Positions 10,005 to 20,469 of a stretch of 32,372 bases of DNA are shown one piece after another; within the stretch, counting starts at the first letter, position 1, and every line of letters starts with the position of its first letter. The translations under genes were made by a program, and so were the position numbers. Origin of the DNA: Octopus bimaculoides (lineage: Eukaryota); the NCBI RefSeq assembly GCF_001194135.2, contig NC_068995.1, positions 11,089,374-11,121,745 on the forward strand. Direction: 5' to 3'. Below the pieces are notes generated by a model, which was given only the letters and a program-made list of their open reading frames with translations, had not been told where the DNA came from and did no database searches.

Positions 10005-10207
10005 GTTTCAGATTTTAGCATCAAGCCAGCAGTTCCGGGATAGGGGGTTAGTCGATCACATCGATCCCCAGTGCTTCACTGGTACTTATTTTATCGACCA
10101 AATCAAAGTCGGCCCTGGCGGAATTTGAGCTCAGATCGTAAAGACGGACGAAATGCGTCTAAGTATTTTACTCGGCTTGCTAACAATTTTGCCAGCTCGC
10201 TGCCTTA
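10005..10207 (-). mobile_element. SINE family A with short internal deletion
   Basis: Minus: TAAGGCAGCGAGCTGGCAAAATTGTTAGCAAGCCGAG...GAGCTCAAATTCCGCCAGGGCCGACTTTGATTTGGTCGATAAAATAAGTACCAG. Confidence 0.88.
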
Positions 10208-10807
10208 AGTAACAACAGCATAGTAAGAGCTGTTGACAGAGCCACAAACTAGGACACAATCATACTCGTTACTATAGTAAATAATGAGATGCAAACAGCT
10301 TGCAAGGTCGACATTTTCATCTACTTAACCACCTGCGATTCTATATTTTTGCTGTAAAGACTATAAACAAGGANNNNNNNNNNTATTCTCATTTTTCTTC
10401 TTCTTCTTTCTGGTGTATTCGTCATAAATTAAGAATTACAAAATATTTTCAGTAAAATGAGAAAAAAAAAAAACAGAAGAGAAATTAGGCGCTCTAGTGT
10501 TACCAGAAAGCAGAGTATTAAAAGGCCACGGAAAAAGCGGAAACTGTAGGTGAATAATTCTGAAGGGCTTCTAATAACCTTACTCAGATTAAAATCTTCT
10601 CAAGCAATGCGGCTTTTAATAAAATAGTCGCTTGTCTGATGTAACTGTTCGTAGTTGCATGTCTATGACAAGTCCAGCCGATTGCCTTGTTCCTAATTGT
10701 CTCAAGCGTTTAACCATTTCGTAGACATGAAGATCAGGGTACTTTATTTTAAGAGTTGTCATCCGTTTTCTCTGATTGCCTTTTTATTTTTTTTCAAAAT
10801 CTTTATT

Positions 10808-10811
10808 TTCA

Positions 10812-10863
<52 letters not shown>
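10808..10863. repeat. (ATT)n microsatellite
   Basis: Directly visible. Confidence 0.95.
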
Positions 10864-10954
10864 TCTTTTTGACTTCTCTTGAGAATATATGAAAATATAC
10901 GAAAAACAAGGCACTATACATACACAGATAAGTACACATACACATACATTCACA

Positions 10955-11002
<48 letters not shown>

Positions 11003-11131
11003 NNNNNNNNNNNNNNNNNNNNNNNNNNNNNNNNNNNNNNNNNNNNNNNNNNNNNNNNNNNNNNNNNNNNNNNNNNNNNNNNNNNNNNNNNNNNNNNNNN
11101 NNNNNNNNNNNNNNNNNNNNNNNNNNNNNNN

Positions 11132-11174
<43 letters not shown>

Positions 11175-12289
11175 GTATATATATAGGCAAGTAATTATGT
11201 GATGTCTCATTGCTGGCTTAGCTCTAAAACGGTTCCCACAACTATCAACTTAGTCTACTTGCGCACATACAGTCGTACACACACACACACACATACACAC
11301 ACTTGTACATATGCAAATATATGTGTCTATGTTTATGCCCATATATATATATATATATATACATGTATATGTGTTTGTATATACATTTATTTGCACGTAT
11401 GGATATGTGCGCACGCGCGCGCGTATATAGTGGAACTCGGTTATTGTGATCACTTTGATATATTACGCAAAAGATATATTACTTATCTGAGAGTGTTCAG
11501 AACCCATTAATTTTGATAATTATAACCATTTGATAACGTTATCTGCGATTATAATGACTGATTCATATATATATATATATATATATATATANNNNNNNNN
11601 NNNNNNNNNNNNNNNNNNNNNNNNNNNNNNNNNNNNNNNNNNNNNNNNNNNNNNNNNNNNNNNNNNNNNNNNNNNNNNNNNNNNNNNNNNNNNNNNNNNN
11701 NNNNNNNNNNNNNNNNNNNNNNNNNNNNNNNNNNNNNCTCTTCCGATCTATATATATATAGTGTTTACGTCGCAACATTCTTGAAACTTCCTGAATAAAT
11801 TGTTCTTTCTCATAGTAGATAGAACTATAAATTAGAGCGTGTGGAATATTAGGTTAAAAAAATAAACCGTTGGATGGAAAACCTTGAAGTCTGCCTGTAG
11901 AACACGAACCCCAATCTTCTGCAAACCTGGCAGACGTTCTGCCACGACCATAGCACTCGTGCGAATTTCTCCAGTCATTTGGATGAATGCGGAGAAGAAT
12001 ATTTATTGATAGGATTCTAACGATTTCCTCTTGGGTAGAACTCGTTGCGCTCAGTACTTTCATAAGAAATACCATAGAAATAGTATGTCATTTTACGGGC
12101 AAAAGGCCTTTGTTATGATCTGTGTTGCAAGAGAATAAAGAACCTAAAATCGCAGGACCCAGAAAAATAAGAAATCCACAGTTGTTTGCAACCCGTTATG
12201 GCTCAGTTCATTGCGCAACCAATAGTGCTGAAAATGCTCCTTGGGCTATTACTCTATGTATGTGTGTGTGAGGGCCAGGGTACATATAT

Positions 12290-13040
12290 GCTGTGTATGG
12301 AATTAAACTGCATCTCGTAGAGAATCATGGTTTCGAGAGTTCTAAGGTTTGAAGAGTGTGAGACCACTTTTTTCACCACCATTTATTCCCAGGTTTATTC
12401 TGACCCGGAATAGTTGCGCTCTTCAATATCCGAGCTATGAATTAACTAGCACATGTAGTGACAATCAATCTGAGCATGAGCATAACTTTGGATGGTGTCA
12501 CGGCGCGCAGTAAAACCAGCGGGAGCGAGGGACCCGTAGCTGTTGTTAGAGCATCTTTCTAGGAGAGAGTCACTCTGATGTAAACCCTACAGTTTCACTT
12601 AATCACTGGTTATTTCGCTTTGACTTGTCAATGGGCACGAATTACAGTGATTCAAAGAGTGGTACTCGTATTGTACAAGCGTTTATCGTTATGATCCATC
12701 GATGTACAGATCTATAATTACGGCGATCTCTTTTGTCGGTCCATCTACTGAAAATCTTATGGCGATCGAAGAGTGGTGACGCATGTAGACTTAACCAGTT
12801 GAAAGCGCAAAGTAAGCTATGGCTTCCGTCTGTCACTTATGCTTCAAACTATGCAGATCTGCAACTGAATATTCATCTATGATGTCATGAACGGAAAGTA
12901 TAAAATGCCACTGACAGCGAGGAAGCACAAGGAGACGGCAATCACGCGTGAAAATGGATCAACCACCATAAATACGTGTGCTTTTATGCGTCACGAGTCC
13001 ATATGAGAGATCTTCTCAACGTAAATAACACAGTATTCTA
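12290..13040 (+). mobile_element. Old ~700-bp dispersed repeat, probably an RTE LINE 5' UTR plus ORF start; copy 1
   Basis: Colinear homology to 29220-29940 (minus). Shared blocks: TTCCCAGGT.TAT.CTGACCC, GTAAAACCA, GTTATTTCGCTT, AGAGTGGTACT, TATGCTTCAAAC..TGCAGATCTGCAA, ATGGATCAA.CACCA. The RTE assignment is inference. Confidence 0.7.
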
Positions 13041-13104
13041 TGTTCTAACACAACATTAAAGTTAAGTTTTTGTCTATTTAAATTCAATGACAAGCTTTTG
13101 TTGA

Positions 13105-13172
13105 CTTAAGGCTAAGGTTAGAAGATACTTGTCTAACATGTTGAGCAGTGGGATAGAATCCAAAACCATTTC
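13105..13172 (-). mobile_element. Degenerate SINE family B head fragment
   Basis: AGAAGATACTTGTCTAACATGTTGAGCAGTGGGATAGAATCCAAAACCAT resembles the family-B minus head AGAAGACACTTGCCCAAGGTGCCACGCAGTGGGATTGAACCCAGAAC. Confidence 0.6.
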
Positions 13173-14014
13173 ATAATTATATTGCCATGATTGCTCTCGA
13201 GCTCATCAAGTTCAGACAAAAAAAAAAAATAACAAAAGAAAAAAACAAAAACGCGCTCTTATGAACCTCATAGTTAAGACGAAGCGACAGGTGTAGATCA
13301 AGGAGGGAACTTCTTGGTGATCTGAGTTTTACGATCCGGTTTCGTTTCCTGGTTGAATCTAATTCACTCAATCTACTTTGCTTGACGCTTTTGTTGCCAT
13401 ATTCATTTTGAAATACTCTGCCTCCATTTCAACTAATTTTGAAAATAACGAAGACGTTAGTAGAATAGCATTGGGAACATAAATTAACGAGAAATCTTGA
13501 TGGAACGTGTTCATTTGGATTGCCATAAAACAGCATTTGCATCGTAGAACGAAAGGTGGATTGCAGACAGGTTGGGAACAAACCAGATTAAGCAAGATAT
13601 AGACTTCAAAGAGTTTACTCCAACACTATTCCATACACTTGTTCACTCGTGATATTTGAATAAGAAATCATTTAACATGTATCTTACCTGTCTTTTCCAG
13701 GTGATTTATTACAATTTAACTCCCTATTTATTTGTGTAACCTCACCTGATGGAATTTCTGGGTCTTGTATATTAGAGGTAATTTCCTTTCTTAATTGTTC
13801 TTGTATCTCCCTTCAACTTTGCGACTACGAGGCCCCATAAATTGCCCCCTCTATCCATCTATCACTTCCGGTATTTGCTTCGGTTACTAGGCTGCCATAT
13901 TTATCTTCAACATGATATTTAAGTTGCCATTCTCTCTGTTTAGATCTTTAAACATTCGGCATACTTTCTTTGAATGATTTACTCTGTAGCTTTGTTCTGT
14001 TATTTATTCACATC

Positions 14015-14675
14015 AAGGCAGTGAGTTGGCAGAACAGTTAGAGCGTCGGCCAAAATACTTCGCAATACTTCTTCTGGTTTTTACGTTCTGAGCACAGATT
14101 TCACCGTTGTCGACTATGCTTTTCATCCTTTCGGGAACGATGTAATAAGTACCAATCAAGTACTGGGATCGATGTAATCGACTAACCTCCCTCTCCCAAA
14201 ATTTCAGGCCTTGTGTTTATAGTATAAAGGATTATTAAGGTGGCCATTTGGCAGAAACATTAGCACGCCGGGCAAAATGCTTAGCGGTATTCCGTCCATT
14301 TTAATGTTCTGAGTTCAAATTCTGCCGAAGTCTACCTTACCTTTAATCCTTTCGGGATCGATAAAATAATTACTAATTTAACACTGGGGTCGATGTAATC
14401 GACTTGTCCCCCACCTCGAAAATTTCAGGCCTTGCTTTTATGAGAGAAAGGGTTATCATTATTCAGGTGGTGAGTTGGCAGAATCGTCAGTGCGCCGGAC
14501 AAAATGCTTAGCTGTATTTTTTTCTGGTTCTTTACATTCAGATTTAAAATACTACCGAAGCCCTTTTTTTGGGGCCGGTAAAATAAGTACCAGTAAAATA
14601 CTGTGGCGAATGTAATCTCAACTTATCTCCTTTTCCTAATATTACTGACCTTGTTCCAAAATTAGAAAGAATTAC
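14015..14675 (+). mobile_element. Three head-to-tail SINE family A copies (about 14015-14236, 14237-14462, 14463-14675)
   Basis: Heads AAGGCAGTGAGTTGGCAGAA, AAGGTGGCCATTTGGCAGAA and CAGGTGGTGAGTTGGCAGAA, each following the ATT-rich tail of the previous copy. Confidence 0.92.
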
Positions 14676-14874
14676 TTGTTCACATCCTTTGTTAACCTAT
14701 GCGCTCTTTATTTTTGGTTTTTCTAATTTCTCGTCTCTAACATTTTCCTTTTTACTTTCCAACCAATCAATCTATATTCCAGTATTACTGTTTCTTCTTT
14801 CATATCGTTTCTGTTACATATCTTTTTTTTTTCGTCTCTACTAATAAACACAACTTTATATTAATACAAAGATT

Positions 14875-15305
14875 AAAGCGGCGAGCGTTTGCACACCGGA
14901 CAAAGTGCTTTGCGGCATTTCGTCCGCCTTTAGGTTTTGAGTTCAAATTCCACTAAGGTCGACTTTGCCTTTCATCTCTTCGGGGTCGATGAAATACGTA
15001 CCAGTTCAGCACTGGTGTCGATGCAACTAAAATTGCTGGCCTTGTGCCAAAATTTGAAATCAATATTAAAAGATTTTAAAGCGGTGAGCTGGCAGAATCG
15101 TTAGCGCAACAAGTAAAATGTTTAGCAGCTATTTTTTCCAGTTCTAAGCATTCTGAGTTCAAATCCCGCCGAGGCCAGATTCTCCTTTCCAGTCATAAGG
15201 ATCCGATAAAATATAGTACCACTGAGGAACTGGAGTCGATGGTATCGATTTGCACCCCAACCCAAAACGAATTTTCAGGCCTTGTGCTTGCATTAAAAAC
15301 AATTA
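14875..15305 (+). mobile_element. Two head-to-tail SINE family A copies (about 14875-15070, 15078-15305)
   Basis: Heads AAAGCGGCGAGCG... and AAAGCGGTGAGCTGGCAGAATCG; B-box-like GAGTTCAAAT; tails CTTGTGCC/CTTGTGCT. Confidence 0.92.
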
Positions 15306-16074
15306 TCAAGATATTACCATTGTTCTCTGTATCTTCATTTACAAAAATCTCTAGCGTTAGCTCAATGTATCCTAGATTTATATTTTTGGAGGATAAGAAT
15401 AAAATCGATCTGGTTATTTATTATATATTCTCCCGAGTGAATGTCATGCTATTGTTCTTGACGGCTTCGGTTGATATATTATTCTATTTAATATGCAGAT
15501 GCCTTTTTTTCTTTTTTACCTTTTTACAAATTCAAACAATCCTGTTCCTTTCTTGTTAGTATTTTACCAATCCATATTTACTAAGCGTTCTTTTGCAAGT
15601 ATCACAAACATCAGAGCCGACCTTTCCAGTTCCCTCCCTTGAATTGTAAGTACGCCATTTTTTTTATTTTTGCGTTCACCAAAAGGTTTTTGAGTTTTCT
15701 TCTCTATCTTTCCTCTCTAGCCCTTGTTTGAATTTCTCTACTTCTTCATCATTGTAATCTCTACAAGGATCATAAGTTTGGATGATTAAGATGTTCTGTG
15801 ACTTAGCTGTCAGTCAGTCAGTCATCTTTTGCACATTTTTGCTAGAAATCGGAGCGCAATATATTACTAACTTAAAAGTATTCCGGTGCCCCGCGAAGGC
15901 AACACTCGTTTCATGTTTGCTTTGCTGCCAACTAAAATATATTTTATGCCCATTATCTGTCATAAATTCTTCACATTTTGTCCATCTTATTTCAGCAATC
16001 CTTATAATATTCCGAGAATATTTTCAATCTCATACTTTTTCTAGATTGATGAAGTGTTCGTAAATGCGAAGTTA

Positions 16075-16531
16075 CTAATTCTTTTACTCTTTCGCTTGTT
16101 TCATTCATTGGACTGCGGCCTTGCTGGGATATCGCCTTGAAGGGTTTTTGTCGAACAAATGCACCACTAAACTTACTTTCTACTAAAGTCTGGTGCTTAT
16201 TCTCTCGATCACGTTTGTCCGTCGCTTTGTTCGACAAAAACCCTTCAAGACAATGTCCCAGCATGGCTGCAGTCCAATCTTGCAGCTACGCTAATTTAAA
16301 GTGAACGTAAGGAAACCAGCACCGATTGTCAAGCAGTGTGTGAGGGGCCAAGCACAAAGACACCCCCCCCCCACACTCACTCACACATATATACGAAGAG
16401 CTTCGACCAAATTCTTTCACAAGGCATTAGTCGAAACGAGGATATAGCTGGAAGCACTTGCTCAAAGTGCCGCGCAGTAGGATTGAACTCGAAACTACGT
16501 GATTGTAAAGTGAACCTCTTAACCATACAAC
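16075..16531 (-). mobile_element. SINE family B containing an internal inverted copy of its own 3' end
   Basis: Minus-strand B from tail (16075) to head (16531); a plus-oriented B-tail segment sits at 16226-16278. Confidence 0.85.
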
Positions 16532-17490
16532 TCTTGTGTGTCTCACCTTACTAATGATCTGCCGTTTTGTATTCCTATTGTATGTCTTTGTTAGCGCATG
16601 CGCATATCCCTGTGTGTGTCTATGTTTAGNNNNNNNNNNNNNNNNNNNNNNNNNNNNNNNNNNNNNNNNNNNNNNNNNNNNNNNNNNNNNNNNNNNNNNN
16701 NNNNNNNNNNNNNNNNNNNNNNNNNNNNNNNNNNNNNNNNNNNNNNNNNNNNNNNNNNNNNNNNNNNNNNNNNNNNNNNNNNNNNNNNNNNNNNNNNNNN
16801 NNNNNNNNNNNNNNNNNNNNNNNNNNNNNNNNNNNNNNNNNNNNNNNNNNNNNNNNNNNNNNNNNNNNNNNNNNNNNNNNNNNNNNNNNNNNNNNNNNNN
16901 NNNNNNNNNNNNNNNNNNNNNNNNNNNNNNNNNNNNNNNNNNNNNNNNNNNNNNNNNNNNNNNNNNNNNNNNNNNNNNNNNNNNNNNNNNNNNNNNNNNN
17001 NNNNNNNNNNNNNNNNNNNNNNNNNNNNNNNNNNNNNNNNNNNNNNNNNNNNNNNNNNNNNNNNNNNNNNNNNNNNNNNNNNNNNNNNNNNNNNNNNNNN
17101 NNNNNNNNNNNNNNNNNNNNNNNNNNNNNNNNNNNNNNNNNNNNNNNNNNNNNNNNNNNNNNNNNNNNNNNNNNNNNNNNNNNNNNNNNNNNNNNNNNNN
17201 NNNNNNNNNNNNNNNNNNNNNNNNNNNNNNNNNNNNNNNNNNNNNNNNNNNNNNNNNNNNNNNNNNNNNNNNNNNNNNNNNNNNNNNNNNNNNNNNNNNN
17301 NNNNNNNNNNNNNNNNNNNNNNNNNNNNNNNNNNNNNNNNNNNNNNNNNNNNNNNNNNNNNNNNNNNNNNNNNNNNNNNNNNNNNNNNNNNNNNNNNNNN
17401 NNNNNNNNNNNNNNNNNNNNNNNNNNNNNNNNNNNNNNNNNNNNNNNNNNNNNNNNNNNNNNNNNNNNNNNNNNNNNNNNNNNNNNNNNG

Positions 17491-17778
17491 AGCGAAAACA
17501 CCTAAAGCTCACGAGGCTCCGGCAGGGGATGGTGGCGAACCCTGCTATACTCTTTCACCACAACTTTCTCTCACTCTTTCTTCGTTTCTGTTGTGCCTGT
17601 AATTCAAAGGGTCAGCCTTGTCACACTGTGTCACGCTGAATATCCCCGAGAACTACGTTGAGGGTACACGTGTCTGTGGAGTGCTCAGCCACTTGCACGT
17701 TAATTTCACGAGCAGGCTGTTCCGTTGATCGGATCAACTGGAACCCTCGACGTCGTAAGCGATGGAGTGCCAACAACA
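17491..17778 (+). mobile_element. SINE family D body and tail (head lost in the N-gap)
   Basis: Begins AGCGAAAACACCTAAAGC, matching the end of the head at 1497-1610; ends ...GATGGAGTGCCAACAACA with a CAA-type tail. Confidence 0.75.
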
Positions 17779-17814
17779 GGATGAAAATTAAACGATGAAA
17801 ACTAAAGAACATGA

Positions 17815-18157
17815 TTTCATTTCATTGCTTTATGTCTATGGCCAGTTCCAACTCGGTCGCATCAACAAAGTCCTACCGTCACACTTCTCGGTTCAACATT
17901 CCAGGCCAGTTTCTGTGATCAAGTTGTCGACGTAATTGTGACGACGTTTTGTTCTTCTTACATCACCATGAAGTGGCTTCCACAAGACTGATGCTTCCAG
18001 TTCAGAGTGGTGCTCTCAGTGACCAGATAGTTGCAGCCATCTTTGCCTCATCTTCTCGCTAGCTTTCGGCAGGTCCCCATAAAGGCATTCGTTTGTCACA
18101 TATTGCTGCCATTTCACATTTAGGGCAATTCGTAGGATCCTTGTGAAGCGGCCATCC
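17815..18157 (-). mobile_element. RTE-clade LINE 3' end
   Basis: Minus: DGRFTRILRIALNVKWQQYVTNECLYGDLPKASEKMRQRWLQLSGH*EHHSELEASVLWKPLHG / NYVDNLITETGLE, followed by an (ATGAA)-like tail near 17815. Confidence 0.85.
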
Positions 18158-18186
18158 TACCAGTTTGTTAATTTCTGTGTTTCACT

Positions 18187-18391
18187 GCTATCTAAATAAA
18201 GCGATGCTGAACTATTCGCTTTGAGCGGTTCCAAATTGAATGTTGCTGAAGACTTCAAGTACTTAGGTGGTTGGATGAGGAGTTCGGAAGCTGACATCAA
18301 GATCAGGAAGGCACAAGAATTGACAACCTGACACAAACTAAAGAAGGTCCGGAACTCCAAATTGCTCAGGCGAATCAAAACCAAGCTCTTC
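18187..18391 (+). mobile_element. RTE-clade LINE segment (end of RT domain), opposite in orientation to the adjacent 3' end
   Basis: 18215-18391 translates FALSGSKLNVAEDFKYLGGWMRSSEADIKIRKAQELTT*HKLKKVRNSKLLRRIKTKLF (FKYLG motif). Confidence 0.85.
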
Positions 18392-18610
18392 AGGCGGCGA
18401 GTTGGTAGAATAGTTAGCACGCCGGACAAAATGTTTAGCAGCAGTTCGTCCGGATTAAAGTTCTGGATTGAAATTTCGCCGAGGTCGACTTTGCCTTTCA
18501 TCCTTCTGGGTCGATAAATCAAGTACCGGTGGAGTAATGGCTTCGATATAATCGACTTAACCCTCGCCTCTAAAATTTCAGGTCTTGTGCCTATAATAAA
18601 AAGGATTATA
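18392..18610 (+). mobile_element. SINE family A
   Basis: AGGCGGCGAGTTGGTAGAATAGTTAGCACGCCGG...GAAATTTCGCCGAGGTCGACTTTGCCTTTCATCC...CTTGTGCCTATAATAAAAAGGATTAT. Confidence 0.9.
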
Positions 18611-18720
18611 TTAACAGATACAGGGACAATTTCTTAAGTAGTTTTGAAGCAGATTATGTTTAATCTTTATCAATTCACTTTCAAAAAGTAAAGAAACAAC
18701 TATTTTTGAAAGAATTCTAT

Positions 18721-19112
18721 GCTGGCTGTGTGGTAAGTAGCTTGCTTACTAACCACCTAGTTCTGGGTTCAATCCCACTGCGTGGCACCTTGGGCAAGTG
18801 TCTTCTACTATAGCCTCGGGTCGACCAAAGCCTTGTGAGTGGATTTGGTAGACGGAAAATGAAAGAAGCCCGTCGTATATATATGTGTATGTGTGTTTGT
18901 GTGTCTGTGCTTGTCCCCCCAACATCGCTTGACAATCGATGTTGGTGTGTTTACGTCCCCGTAACTTAGCGGTTCGGCAAAAGAGACCGATAGAATAAGT
19001 ACTAGGCTTACAAAGAATAAGTCCTGGGATCGATTTGCTCGACTAAATGCGGTGCTCCAGCTTGGCCGCAGTCAAATGACTGAAACAACTAAAAGAGTAA
19101 AAAAAGAGTAAA
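18721..19112 (+). mobile_element. SINE family B, best-preserved copy
   Basis: A-box-like TGGCTGTGTGGTAAG, B-box-like GGGTTCAATCCC, central TA/TG tract, tail GGCCGCAGTCAAATGACTGAAACAACTAAAAGAGTAAAAAAAGAGTAAAA. Confidence 0.93.
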
Positions 19113-19230
19113 ACACATACACAAAAAAAGAGACCATCCCGAAATATAACAATATTTTTTCAAAGGAACTAACTTCTCTAAAATAGGGTCTGTATACACC
19201 ATACAGGGTACACTATATAGCATGATATTG

Positions 19231-19330
19231 TACAGTTTTACCGGAATTCTGGTAATCCCGGATTTCTGAAAATTCCAGATTTATGGAAACTTCGGTTTCT
19301 TGGAAGTTGGATAAGAAGTCCGGTACTGTA
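19231..19330. mobile_element. Small pogo/Tigger-like MITE
   Basis: Ends TA-CAGTTTTACCGGA ... TCCGGTACTG-TA, with internal CCGGA(A/T)TTC-type repeats. Confidence 0.55.
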
Positions 19331-19995
19331 CTGCGCACTATTTTATCTAGCGCGCAACCAATTCTGCTCTCCACCGCCTCTCTCCATCTTTTACATCATA
19401 ACCATTATTATAGTCAGACAGATTTAATCAACAATATCTTGACATTAAAAAGAAAAAGAAAAAAATGGATTTCAAAGGAACTAATATATGTCCATTTTGA
19501 ATTATTTCCACCATGAGTTTGTCTTGCTTCATGAATCTCCTTGATATTTATTCCTAGCAAAATGGTTAGTATTGTGTGTGTGTGTGTATGTATATGTGTG
19601 TGTGTTTGGGTGTGGTGTGTGTGTGTATGTGTGCATATGTATATATGTGTTTGTATGTATGCATATATATTTGTATATGTATGTATAAATATCTTTGTGT
19701 GTATGTATATATATCTATATAAAATATAAATGTATATGTATGCATATTTATATGTATGTAAATGTGCAGATGTATGTATGTATATATATATATATATATA
19801 CACACACATACATATATATCTATATATGCACATTTTATTTTATGCTTGTATATGTGTGTGTATGTATGAATGTGTGTGTGTGTGTGTGTATATATNNNNN
19901 NNNNNNNNNNNNNNNNNNNNNNNNNNNNNNNNNNNNNNNNNNNNNNNNNNNNNNNNNNNNNNNNNNNNNNNNNNNNNNNNNNNNNNNNNNNNNNN

Positions 19996-20031
<36 letters not shown>

Positions 20032-20469
20032 CACATGTTATGTGTGTATGTGTGTGTGTGTGTGTATAAACAACTTAATGAAATAGATAGTTATATAACA
20101 CGCAACAGTGTTTACCAAACACGCAAGTTCACTGGAAGGAAATGGCTAACGTCTAGAGCAAGAGGTAAGACGTAAGAAATAAAAGCGACTGGCAAACCAC
20201 CGAGACGAGACCGTAACGCAATTTTAAATTCCTCAACACAAGCTATTTCCCTTCTCTGAACTACCCCACCACGCACCGTCGGTCACATTGTCTATCAGAA
20301 GCCATTCCGTTTCCCAACAATTCTCCAGCACAAACCATTCCACTTACTTTAAAATTCTGTTTTGTTTCGATTCTTTCATTGCGTTAACGCCGTTGGTAAG
20401 CACATGACTGCCACACATTTCCTTGTGACGTACATCTGAAATATAAGGACTTACCTTGTATTTTGACTT

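Larger units (their letters stand above)
13690..16045 (-). mobile_element. Fossil RTE-clade LINE ORF (APE endonuclease to pre-RT region), interrupted by five SINE-A copies
   Basis: Minus translation in order: IAEIRWTKCEEFMTDNGHKIYFSWQQSKHETSVAF..CAPISS; LTAKSQNILIIQTYDPCRDYNDEEVEKF; KVGSD; TNKKGTGLFEFV; KPSRTIA*HS; NNQIDFILILQKYKSRI (APE domain, ~16000-15350); KSA*VNKGCEQ | ITEQSYRVNHSKKVCRMFKDL; VEDKYGSLVTEANTGSDRW; QDPEIPSGEVTQINRELNCNKSPGKD (pre-RT KxPGxD motif, ~13690). Many stops and frameshifts. Confidence 0.88.

Noticed and set aside
10630-10671. CUUGU-CUGAUGU-AACU/AGUU...CAUGUC...ACAAG hammerhead-like pattern
   Set aside because: GAAA is missing and A9 is changed; too degenerate to support.
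11854-12075. GC-richer stretch with open frames on both strands as a possible exon
   Set aside because: No recognisable protein similarity and no convincing splice-site pair.
12650-12970. QRVV...YAD...W words suggesting an L2/CR1 RT
   Set aside because: Spacing is off, and the region aligns with 29220-29940, where these words are not conserved.
13681-13778. Good-looking splice acceptor (plus) and donor (minus) around 13681-13700
   Set aside because: They lie within the fossil RTE ORF; the putative exon is just antisense LINE sequence.
14015-14675. Tandem repeats as a CRISPR-like array
   Set aside because: Units are ~220-bp diverged SINEs in eukaryotic DNA, with no repeat-spacer structure or cas genes.
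18721-18790. SINE heads as tRNA genes
   Set aside because: A/B boxes are present, but there is no cloverleaf and they continue into repeat bodies found in many copies.
20100-20460. Splice-donor-like GTAAG sites (about 20165, 20396, minus 20455) and a 68-nt candidate exon
   Set aside because: No recognisable product and no linked exons; consensus matches are expected by chance.
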